Source: Gnetum montanum
Lineage: Eukaryota > Plantae > Gnetophyta
Length of the DNA: 64,000 bases
Assembly: GCA_015680685.1 (NCBI GenBank)
Contig: MNCI01002773.1
Span: 197,540-261,539 of the forward strand
Direction of reading: 5' to 3'
How positions within the stretch are numbered: position 1 is the first letter of the stretch; each line of letters opens with the position of its first letter. Of this stretch, positions 21,752-33,396 are shown in pieces. The translations under genes and the position numbers were made by a program. The notes below the pieces were generated by a model. The model was not told the origin of the DNA. It was given only the letters and a program-made list of their open reading frames with translations, and did no database searches.

Positions 21752-24419
21752 TGCTAGTTTGGTGGCAACTCTCATCCCTTCAATGGGAATACTAAAGAGG
21801 TCACAACCAATATCTTGATTGATGGGCAAGGTGATTAATCATTATGAACCTTGGTAATGAACTTCTTGACTCCTTCATCAAGGGATTCAATAATATTTAT
21901 CATCTCAATAGCAAGGATGGTTGGGCTAGGTGCCATGAAAAGTTCAAGAAAACCTACATGAGCAATGTTTGCTTGAACATTTCTAGGTGTCTTTTCCATC
22001 AACCAACGCTACGCTGATTCAACTTCACTATATTTTAGGATGAACATCTACTTTAGGGTATCCTGAAACAACCAAGATGATCCTAGAGGAGGTGGAAGCC
22101 CCCACAAGACAACAAAAATGGCTAGTTGGCTTAGGCAAAGGCACATAACATAAGACCAAAATATGACAAGAATAAAAAATTAAAAATATCCTAATTCAAG
22201 CAATGAAAAACACTTAAAACCAAAATAGCATAGTATCATGTAGCCATGAAAATGTTAGTATAACATAAAAAGACAAAACAAAACAAAAATTCTTCCTACC
22301 TTTCTTCTTCTTCCTACTTGATGAGGGTTGTGTGGAGGTCCTAGCAATGGTGCCCTTTTCTGGAATGCATTTAGGGGCCACCCACCAACTATGGGCTATC
22401 TCAATGGCTACACACCTATGGAATACTGGAGCAAATATCTTAGTGTATTTATAAAAAATTATCATTTAATTGATCAACCACTATGATCCTGATTATTAGG
22501 CTTTTGGTAAATACACCCACTGTGCTTTGAGCCTTTTCAAAGGTTTAATCATTCTTGATCAAACCCTGGTCTCTAATCTTGTACCTACAAGATATCGATA
22601 AAATGAATAAGATAAGGAAGAATAGGTAAACAAAATAAACCCAAAATATGACAAAAAATCACAACTATACTTACCCTTCCAAATGGCACACTATGTCAAG
22701 AGGATTCCAGAACAATGTGTGGGTTTGGTGTGCCACCATTAGAGTGTCCTTAGCATTGTACTGAGAGAATTTTGGCCTGTTTAAGATTTGGGATAGTTGG
22801 CAAGTCCTGCTAGTATTCTTACTGTCCAACACTTCCCCTTCTACATGGGTCTTAGGATCATCCATTACAAACTAGATGATCATATTAGAAGACTGAGGTA
22901 GTAGGATCTTCACAATGACATTGATCATGTAAGGAGACAAGTGTGACCACATCATTACACTGAAGTTTTGCAAGAGGTAGGCTAAGAACTCTCTTGCCCC
23001 AGCTAGAACCACAATGAACCCTACTCCAAATCTTGGTTAGTTGGTGGAGTGTTGGGTTTGGGTTGTTGGATACAGCAAAGTATTAATGTTGGTGGAATCC
23101 TACAACCAAATTCAATGATTTTATAGTCATTGGAATCCTTAAATCATAATCTAAACACCCAAGAATAGAAATCATAACAATGTTTAGTCACTATTACAAA
23201 AAATGCTGCCAAAGTGACATGAACCTAGTAGTAATGGCAAAACCCTAATTCATGCGAGTTTAGTAAATATTTTTCTAAAATTAATTACATTCCCAAATTT
23301 AGTGATTACAAGACTATTGGAATCCTTTAAAAAGACCTACAAACTTGTAACTTGAAAACATGGAAATTCAAAGGTATGTTTGTAGAAACAATTCATGAAG
23401 TGACATGAAAAACTAAAAAATAGCATGGAATTACACTTACATCAGTTAATGAAAATAGTTACCTAGCATTAACTGCAAACTAGAATTACATGATTCCACA
23501 GCCATGTAAAACCTCAAATCCTAAATTAATAACCCATAACCTCAAAAATTCAAAATTACTAGCCATTTTCTTAAGAAAAAATTTAGAAGTGGTATTGCTT
23601 TTTTAGGAAAAATAGCAAAAACATTTAAAATTAACTAAAATTTTTTTTATAACCTTACATAAACCAACTCTAACACCAAAACAACAATAAAAACACATAA
23701 AAACCACCTAGAAAAACCATAGTATTTTCTTAAAATTTGAATTTAATCAACATATTAACCTAGATATGAGAAAACACCTAGGACATAGGCAAGGAAAAAC
23801 CTCAAGAAACACAAAATCGTCCAAGAGTAGTATACCTAGGGGTGATCGTAGCAAATCCTTGCCCAATCATGAGCCTTGGCATATGGGAGAGGTCCTTGTC
23901 TATTGTGTCAGCATCTTGCATGGTAGGGTTCTTGATGATGCTTGCCTCCCTCTTCTACATGGCAGTGTACAACATAGAAAACCTTTTAAAAATTTGGAAA
24001 ATTTGAGTGGTAGGACTACTCTTGATTGGTGCTAGATGAGCAACACTAGAGGTTGAAGGGATTCAAGTAATAATGTCTATCAATGCTCTACATTGGTGTA
24101 CTATAGGTAAGAAAATGAGTTGTGCAAATGATTGTTCCAAAAAACTGCAAGTAAAAATTAAGTTTCAACCTAGGCACCCCCTTTGAAACCTCTATTACCA
24201 TATTCACGCATTGAAACTCATGGTGCACTGATAGTTCAAAGAGGGGAAAGCTTAAACAATGCTGGGATGATGGAAGTTCCAAAACAAAGTTTAAAATTTT
24301 AATTTGGGTGGGCCCCACAAGGAGCCTCCTAAGAAAAGTGGGTTTAACACTTTAAAACCTCCTCTACACTAGGTTTAATCCTTCTTAAAACCCCTAAAAA
24401 TATTTTTCAACCTCATACC

Positions 24420-25921
24420 CCCCTCACCCATGTTGGTCATCATGGAGCCAACATGGATCTTAGTACCCCATGTTCAAAACAAGAAGACCAATACACACCT
24501 TACGATATTTAGCATCTAGATGTTAACATTAGTGAACCCCAAGTTCCAAGAGGGGCTAAAAACCTTCATAACACTTACCACTTTGTGTAATAACACTAGG
24601 TAGGGATTCATCCATGCTAGCCAGCATTTCTCAAGTAGGTACAACATCCAAATGTTAGTTTGACCTTAGAATGAATCCATAAAGCCTAAAACCCCATTGG
24701 ATACCCCCAATAGCTCCAAAAGCTAGTTGAATCAAATCAAAAGTATTAAAAACCTTAAAATTTAGTGGAGCAATACTAGGGGGAACCTCATCCACACTGG
24801 CCAACATGGCACTAGCATGGTTGGATGGGGTATAACTATAAAATACCAAAATTAACTTCCCAGTTAACATATTTTAACCTTAACAACTCTCTTTAGCCTC
24901 TAGTAGTGAAAAATCAACAAAATACAAGTCAAAATTCATGTCAAACATCATCCCCACACTGAGGAACCCTCACCCATGCTAGTTAGTGTGGGTCCAATGT
25001 GGTTGCCCTGGGCATGACTCTTAAAAACCAATTAACACACTAAAATAACCTTGAATTACACCCTATGACCACAAAACTTTGCCAAAGCCTCCCAAAACCA
25101 TCAGACATAATAAAATAGACCAAAAATGGTAAAAATCTATCATCTCCACCCCATCCATGATGGAGCCATGTTATCTAGTGTGGCTCAAAGGGGGATGACT
25201 ACAAAAAATAGTAAAAGGCCTTGAAAGTGGTCGATTTTGATGCCAAACATCAGCTATTAACATTTGCCACCCTAGGAGCTTGAATGCTTAGCCAATCTAA
25301 TGTCAAAACCCACCAAACATTAATATTACAAGGTAGCCACATTAAGGGAGGCTAGAGCCACACTAGCCAGCATGACTCCAATGTGGGCAAGGTTCTTTAC
25401 CACTTTTGACAACACTTCGAAATGCAGGAAAGCTAAAAAAACCTAGTCCAACAGAGCCTAGAATTCAAAAACCATCAACTGATGGCCATTCAACCTAATT
25501 TCAACCATAAAACCCATCAGACCCCCTCACCCACACTAAAGCAACGCTAGCTCATGAGGCGAAGGGGGGTATAATCACCCCATAGTCCAAATGATCTTCA
25601 AACATGGATAGTTTTAAGTCTAAAACTCAAATATGATAGCTAGCAATCCTAAAAGCCTAAAAAATTGATCAAATTACCTTTGAAGCCATCCCAAAACCAA
25701 CAGGTATATTTATTGATACTAAGGAGTATTGGAGCCACATTGACCAGGATGCCTCAGCATGGGTGAGGTCCCAAATAAGGTTTCACTAGCAAAACATCCC
25801 TCAAATGGCCTTAAAACTTGACTGGTGAGAATTCAACTATGAAATATTTAATTCAAATGAAATTTGACCTTTTTTTGATCCTATAATCACCTACACTATC
25901 CCATCCATGCTAAGCACACAC

Positions 25922-25963
<42 letters not shown>

Positions 25964-26390
25964 NCTGGCTAGCATGGCTCAAGGGGGTATGATCTTAAAG
26001 CCAACTTTTGTTGCAATTTTTGACCTTATAGATGTTCAATTTCAAACATTATGACCTTGTGCTACCCTTGGAAGCCCATAGAGCACCAATTTTGACCCTC
26101 TAGATGTCATAAAATCAATTTTCCTTGGTAGCCACATTGAGGCCATGCTAGCTAATGTTGCTCTAGCATGGATGGTAGTTCAAAGGTTTAATGATGGCTT
26201 CTAGAGGTCCAAATAGGCACCAAAATTGACCAACCTTCTTCCCTAAAACACTACACTAACCATACAAGTCATTGGAAGTCAAAGATTGATTAAAATTAAC
26301 CTAGGAAATCACATGAGCACCCTATCCATGCTAGGGATCACCCAACCTACACTGTCCAATGTGGCTCCAGCATGGCTCTAGCATGGATGC
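24420..26390. repeat. Degenerate array of ~11 palindromic motif clusters (inferred ancestral CCACGCTGGCCAGCGTGG) at ~180-220 bp spacing
   Basis: e.g. tccatgctagccagcat (24611), tccacactggccaacatggcactagcatgg (24791), gccacactagccagcatgactccaatgtgg (25357), ggccatgctagctaatgttgctctagcatgg (26141), ccaatgtggctccagcatggctctagcatgg (26356). Confidence 0.7.
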
Positions 26391-27099
26391 ATAAAAAAAC
26401 TTATTTTTAACCCAAAATAGCCTCCAAAAGTGCCCAAACTCACTTTTCAACTTTGTAGCCCCTTAATATGGTCTACTAAGGTCTAAAATTAGCAAAATCT
26501 AAACCTTTTTAACTAGTAATTATCTTGTTCTGCCATGCATTTTTCACCTTAGCTAGTTTGACATTATTTCATGAAATTTTGACTTATTTTGATCTTGTTA
26601 TCATCACTTGACCTCACGTAGCTTCTACATAACTCCAATTTCATCACATGTACCTTGTTCTCTCTATTATGGCCTCTATTGAAATTCATGTAGCCTTTGA
26701 TTAATGTTAGGTGATGGTGTTTGACCATTCTCGACCATCATTTGACACCATGTAACTATGTCCTACCAAGGTCTTAAACTAGCAACATGGCCCACTAAGT
26801 CCTAAAAATAGCAAAATTGTAACCTTAGTTAACCACATTTGGTCTTAGTTTTCATACTTTCATTATGCTTCAACATTTTTTTACCTTGTTCAAACTTTCT
26901 TTAACCTTATGTGGCCTTTGTTTCATCTTATTTGTCTTCACCTACCTCTTATAGCTTTGGTTGACCTTATTTTCATATTATTTGACATTGAAATAGCATG
27001 TGTTTGCATAGTTATTAAGATATTTTGTGTTATTTTGGGCATTATTTACTTATTTTTACCCAAGTGCCACTTAATGTGCTTATGGTTGATATGCAAGAC

Positions 27100-30000
27100 T
27101 AGAGTATGAGTACCTGGGAGAAAATCAATTTGCCTTTGAGCCTAAGTCGGCCCCATGGTAATGTTGAGTGGTGTATTGATCCAAATTACCTAGATCTTAA
27201 GCTTTAGAGTCTCTTTGACCACATACCCTCAATAGAAAAACCTCTAGAGTGGCTAGAAAACCTAGTCAAAACCCTTGGCCTAGAGGCTAGCAACATTACT
27301 AAAGACTCTTTGGCTGAGCTTCCTATCATGATACATAGTGCTGAGGAGAAAATGCTAAAATTAAATTTTTCACTAGAACCTTAGTAGGCTCAAGACATCA
27401 CCAAGGTCCTCCAAGATAACATTAAGGTCTTTGCCTAGTCATATGAAGATTGGTTGAGTCTTAACCCATGTTTAGTCTAATACAACATCATACTTGATCC
27501 TAGCATTAGACTAGTCAAGCAAAAAGTTCGTAAGATTAGACTTGATTTGGCTCTAGCAATTCATGATGAAATCACAAAACTATACTAATCTGGTTTCATT
27601 AGAGCTATTGATTACACAAAATGGGTGTCTAACATAGTGGTTGTCCCTAAGAAAAATGGGAGTCTACACATTTGCATCAATTTTTGCCTAAATAAGGTAA
27701 CTATCAGAGAGGATTTCCCTTTGCCTAGTATTGATCAATTTATCGATACTATGACTAGACATACCTTGTTATCCTTCATGGATGGGTTCTTGAGATACAA
27801 CCAAATTAGGATTGACCTAGAGCATTAACTTAGTATAATCTTCATGACCCCTTGTTGTACATTATTCTATACTATGATGTCCTTTGGCCTAAGGAATGTA
27901 GGAGAAACCGACCAAAGAGCTATGACATATATCTTTAGTGACTATATTCTAGGTTTACTTAATGATTACATAGATGATATATCTATTAAGTCTAAAGTGG
28001 TTGATAAACATGACCTTGACCTTGTGCTTAAACGATGCTTGAAGTATGAGCTTAGGCTCAACCCTAAGAAGTGTGTCTTTGGCATTAAAACTAGTAAGAT
28101 GCTTAGCTTTGTAGTATCTAAAGTAGAAATACGTGTCGATCCTAATAAGGTTAAGGTCATATCCAAGTTGGCAATACCAAATAATCTTAAGAAGCTTTGG
28201 GGATTGCAAGGCTGATTACAGTTTATTCATAGGTTTATTACTAGGCTTACGAATAAGTTACAACCCATGCAACACTTTCTTAAGAAAGGAGTTCACTATG
28301 AGTGGATGGCTTAATGCCAAGAAGCCTTTGAAAAATTTAAGCAAGAGTTGGCACAACTACCAACATTCTATCCTCCACAAGAGGATAAACCTTTTTACAT
28401 CTACCTTGCTATCTCTAACATATCTATTGCCTCTCTACTCTATTAGAAATGAGATGATGGAGTGGAGTTACTGTATACTACTTAAGTTATGCATTAGTTG
28501 ACCATGAGACCCAATACACTAAAGTATAGAAGTATTGTCTAGCCCTAGTCTTCTCATTGAAGAAATGGAGACACTACCTCTTTAGAAGCCAAGTCAATGT
28601 CATTCGCAAAGATAATGTGCTTAGAGCCATAATGACCAACATTTAAGAAAGTAGTAGGATAGCTCATTGGAAAGCCATAATAGTAGAGTTTGACCTTGAT
28701 TACATTTCTCAAGCATCAATGAAAGATCAAGCTATAGCCACATAACTCATTGTTTCACCAATAGAAGACCATACAACCATAGACCCTAAATTTCCCAATT
28801 AATACATCAACATTGTTAGCAATGTACCTAAGGGCTATGAGGTGATCATGCACTTTGATAGAGTTTCAACTATCCATGGGGCTAGTCCTACTACCATCAT
28901 AACATTTCCATTTGGTGAAATCCACCATATCAAATTTTCTTCTACCAACAATGTATTAGTGTATGAGGATTTGATCAGGGAAATGATGGTAACTTGTGAC
29001 CTAGGAATAAAATGCTTAATGATTAAAGGTGATTCACAACTTATGGTCAACCAAGTAACTGATGTTTATGCATGCAAAGACAAACATTTGCAACCTTACT
29101 GTGACCTAGGAAAGAAACTAATGAAACAATTTACAGACATCAATATCCAACATGTGCCCTACAATAAGAACATCACAGTCGATGCCATTATGATGCTAGC
29201 CCTCAATGTGACATCAAATGTGTATAGCAAGTTATCTTCCTTAATTGTGAACTATGCTATTCCCATCATGCAAGACATTAAAAATGACTCCATAGCCATA
29301 GTTCATACTACTTCTGCAAAGGAGTAGTATGAAGACATCAAATTTTATCTTATGCATGGTGAACCTTCATAAGGTTTGATTGCTACTTACAAGAATGTTG
29401 TATGTAACTAATCAAAACAATATGTTATCATAGGCAATAAGACATTATGTTGATGGTCCTATGATGACATATTGTTATTTTACTTTGGAAAAATTGAAGC
29501 CCTCACAATCCTAGAGCAAGTTCATGATGATGTATTTAGAAGACATATAGGACCTAGAGCCATGGCTATAGAGATATGATGATTAGGCTATTATTGGCCC
29601 TATATGAAAAGAAATTTCCTCCAAAAGATAAAAACTTGTGAGACTTGCCACTAGCATAGAAACCTTATACACATGCCACCAACTAAGTTACAAACCACTC
29701 AGATAACTTATTCATTTCAATAATGGGGGTTGAATATCATTGGATCCATAACACCTAAGTCTGTCGTGGGGCATCTCTTTATCATCACTGGAATCAAATG
29801 CTACACAAAGGAGGTTGAAGCTATTCCTCTGAGGAAGAAAACATCTCAACAAGTCTGTAGATTCATATTGGAAAACATAGTAGCTTATTTTGGCATATCC
29901 ATAACCCTAGTCACAAATAATGGACCACAATTTAGTAGCCAAGAGACAAAAAAAATTTTCATGAGCTAGGCATTAAGCATTTCTTCTCATCACTATACTA

Positions 30001-30551
30001 CCCCGAAGCTAATGGGCAAGCTGAAGCAAGTAGTAAGGCCATCATAAACTTGCTCAAGAAAATGCTAAATAATAGCAAACACAAGTGGCATGAGCAGTTT
30101 GTCCATGCACTTTAGGCCTATCAAATGACTTTATGAATGGCAACTAGTGTAACTCCATATAGCCTAGGTTATGGTTCTAAAGTTGTTTTGCCTCTTGAAT
30201 TGCAGGTGGTATCACTCCAATTAGTTGTATCAAACTTCATCAATGATGAATAGAACAAATATCTACACACCATGGATGTAGACTCGGCATAAGAGTAGTG
30301 AGTGTGAATGCTTGCTCATGTCGAGTGGTACCAAAAGAGGTAGAAATGATAACAACATCATAACCTAAACAAGTTTAAGATCAAGTAAGAAGACTTGATC
30401 CTCAAAGCTTTCCATGTACATGTGAACAAATTCTTAGCCAACTAGGAAGGGCAAGGTCTATGACAATAGAGCCATTAGGATAGCAAACATGAATGGGAAC
30501 AAGTTGGCTAACCTAGTCAATCATTCCTAACTAAATCACTACTACATGTAG
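27100..30551 (+). pseudogene. pol: pol of element A: RT, RNase H, archaeal-type RNase H, integrase
   Basis: WVSNIVVVPKKNG..ICINF..LNK...DFPLPSIDQ; SFMDGF.RYNQI; YIDDI; LRLNPKKCVFG; aRH; integrase WG.NIIGSITP, TNNGPQF, YYPEANGQAEA; no chromodomain seen. Start approximate. Confidence 0.92.
28842..29327 (+). pseudogene. Additional archaeal-type RNase H domain (Tat hallmark) between RH and INT
   Basis: MHFD...STNNVLVYEDLI.....DLGIKCLMIKGDSQLMVNQV..VY.CK...L..Y...HVP..KN..VDA. Confidence 0.9.
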
Positions 30552-31597
30552 CTCATGGGAACCAATAGTTGACATTAGCAACCTTTACAACCAATGACAC
30601 GTGAGCCTACATGAGATCCTTTTGCACAAAAGATGAAATGTCAAACTTTGTAACATATGTGACCTATGGTAGCTTGGTTTGCTAATCATTTTTATATGTC
30701 CTTATGCATTGTATTATAACAACATGTTTTCTTTGTGTGGGCTTTTTTTGGAGCTATTCTTGTAGGATGAAGCCTAAAGTCATAGTAAAGGTGCAACTCA
30801 TTATGGTAGCAAGTCATCTTGTGACCTAAATTCACAAGATTTAATGAGTTTATCCCATTGTGCTAAGAGTGCTTATTCTACTTCACTTCCATTATCTCTT
30901 ATTGAGCCAAGCCCCATATCCTAATTATAACCTTGCATGCCTTAAGCAACAATGTTGACCAATGTTTGACACTCATGTATTATGGCTATATGACATCCTA
31001 TCATCATGCTCCACCTACAAGTCCATCGAATGTAATACATCTCATTCAATGGGAAAGAAGAATCAAACCTAGCTTTGGCAAAGAAACCCAATGAAGATTT
31101 TACCCCACAAAAAAAGGAGGGAAAACCAAATTGCCAAGAAGTAGAAAGGCCAATGAAGATCAAAAGAAAAATTGATGGCTCCAAACATGCCAAGGGAGGA
31201 TCCTAATGGCTAAAGAAACCTTGGAGTGAGATTTTGGTTTCTCAAACACATTGCCAAGTGACCAACACCTCAAAAAATAAAGTGCATAGACTTATTGATT
31301 GAATAACATGTTAATGCGATATTATAACCATGATGTCAACACTTAGAGCTCATTGTTAACCCTCATGACCATGTCCTTATAGGAAAATATTGTCTTTATC
31401 CTATGTCTCCTGCTCCTAACCTTATCCCACCATCATATGCACTCTTTGGAATGGTCTGACACTATTGAATCAAGCATGAAAAGGGAACATCAATGGTAGA
31501 TCTATAGTGGTGTTTTGTATTCTTTGTTAGTGTCTCTCAGGTCAATCCTCAAGACACCAACAAAGATGGGCCAATGAAAAACCATTAAGAAAATGCA

Positions 31598-32919
31598 TGT
31601 TGTAACCTTTTGACATTGTAACTTTTACCCCATGAAATCTAAGGCTAAAATCTCATTGTAAAAATGTGAAAATTGTAATCCCCAAGATGAAATTTCATGT
31701 ACTTTAACTTTTGGAGTAGAAAAAATGCATCATAAGTTATCATAGCCTTAACGCCCAAGTGAAAAAAGTCATATTGTATTCATATTTAGGCTCAAGGAGT
31801 CAAAAATGTCTTTTGGACTTCAAAATTGACATTTTCATGGGTTTTGTGGGGGGTATGACCTTTGCTACGCTAGAATTATATTTTCTTAATGTTGGGGGGT
31901 TTAACTCTTGAACCCTCAACATGGCTCATATAACCCCAATATTGCTCCTAGAGTTCAACATGCTTAGCATTGGTCTAGCAATCCCAGTGTTGCTCTAGCA
32001 ACTCCAGTGTGGCTCCAGCAACTCCAGTGTGGCTCTTGTAGCTCTAGCATGGCATCAACAACCTTAACATTAATCCTACACCCCCAATGTGAGTTTCATA
32101 CCCCTAGTGTGATTTCTATAGGCCCAACATTACTTCTAGAAGGCCAGCATGGGTAGAAGAAGACAACATGAATAAAATTATCATTTACTATTTCTGGTAA
32201 CTAGAGTGATTCTGGTACTTGGGGGCATCAAAACTTACCATACATGGAAACCATGTTGGATTTAAACGCCTGCAACACCTCCATGTAACATCAATTTTTT
32301 AGTAATTAGGTAGAAATTTATAGTAAAAGCTATTGCCATGAAACATATAAAAACCAAGCTTCAACACCATGAAAATGTTCCACCTTTCTGGCATTCATGG
32401 GCTTTGAAAACTCAGTGCAGATGCAAGGCTTTTGAAACAACCATAGTGTGGGATCTATAGTCATTGTAACAATTTTTATACCCTTGAGATTGTATAATAT
32501 TTTGTGGCAATGTTGAGCAACCTAGGTATTGAAACTCCCAGCATGGAGTTGACTGTGGCATTCAAGGCTACTAGCTTCAATAGTCTTTAAACCCCCATTG
32601 AAGTAAACCCTTTGCATCCCCAAGCACTCCTTGTACACATCTCTAAACTCTCTTTATTTTTTATCATAATAAATTTTACAGATCTATTTGTTGTGCAAGT
32701 TATTGTTGATTTATTTTTCATTCTATACATTTATTTTTTCAGATCTACATTGCATTTTATTTTGTTTTCCCTATTTACACTCTCTAAGTCCCTAGGTGAT
32801 TAGCAAGACTATCTAGGGTGCCTCAGATCCTATTTTTCGGATGTCCTTGGGATCTAGGGCCAAAGATATTCTACGTGGGATCTTTGATTTCCCAGTAATC
32901 AAATTTTCTAGTCACGACA
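31598..32919 (+). repeat. 3' LTR of element A (~1.32 kb)
   Basis: Begins TGTTGTAACC after purine-rich AAGAAAATGCA (decayed PPT), ends GTCACGACA; TATA at ~32345; ~20-bp CCAG(C/T)(G/A)TGG tandem units at 31910-32150. Start moderately certain. Confidence 0.75.
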
Positions 32920-33396
32920 ATGACAATCCTTACATGTTTTCTAAATAAATTGAAGTTCTTGTGACCAACATATTACCAAGGTTTTGTGTTTTATGTATGA
33001 ATGTATGCATTAGTTTTGAAAGTCCAATTTGGACGATTAATAATAGAAACTTTTGTAGCAAAATCTAATATACAAGGATTTTTTTCTTCTTAAATATTCT
33101 TAAGCTTAATGTAAATAAGATTATCTTGGCTTTTTAGAGGCTTTTTTGTGTTTGTGTTTAGGAGGAAATTGGAGGATTTCCCATACCAAACCCTAGTGCT
33201 GAAGCTATTTTCTACCAAGTCTTTTATGTGTGGCACCTAGAATCCATTATGATGGTTGAATATCTATATTCAACATATCTTATCAACAATCTTGGCATCA
33301 ACCCATCTCCATTTATAATTTCAATGCTATAGAGCAAGAAGTTTTAGGGTTTTCTTTCACAACATTCAACACAAAGGTTTAAGACTTTCGCCAACC

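Larger units (their letters stand above)
14583..23960 (-). pseudogene. Antisense multi-exon accessory gene of element A (FCP1/NIF-like domain, plant-transposon/PMD-like domain, coiled coil); interrupted by element B
   Basis: Exons 23960-23836 (ATG, 125 nt), 23099-22675, 22584-22300, ~22100-20868, ..., ~15570-14760, 14654-14583 (72 nt, TAG), separated by T-rich GT..AG introns; protein-level homology to 33397-38550. Confidence 0.75.
9057..32919 (+). mobile_element. Giant Tat-like Ty3/gypsy element A: truncated 5' LTR, PBS, gag-PR, antisense spliced gene, RT-RH-aRH-INT, 3' LTR; contains nested element B
   Basis: 9057-9427 is colinear with 32547-32919 as a direct repeat (closest LTR pair in the window); PBS follows the first only; domains in order between them. 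Confidence 0.8.

Noticed and set aside
25924-25964. Poly-C run
   Set aside because: Ends in an N; typical sequencing or gap-filling artefact.
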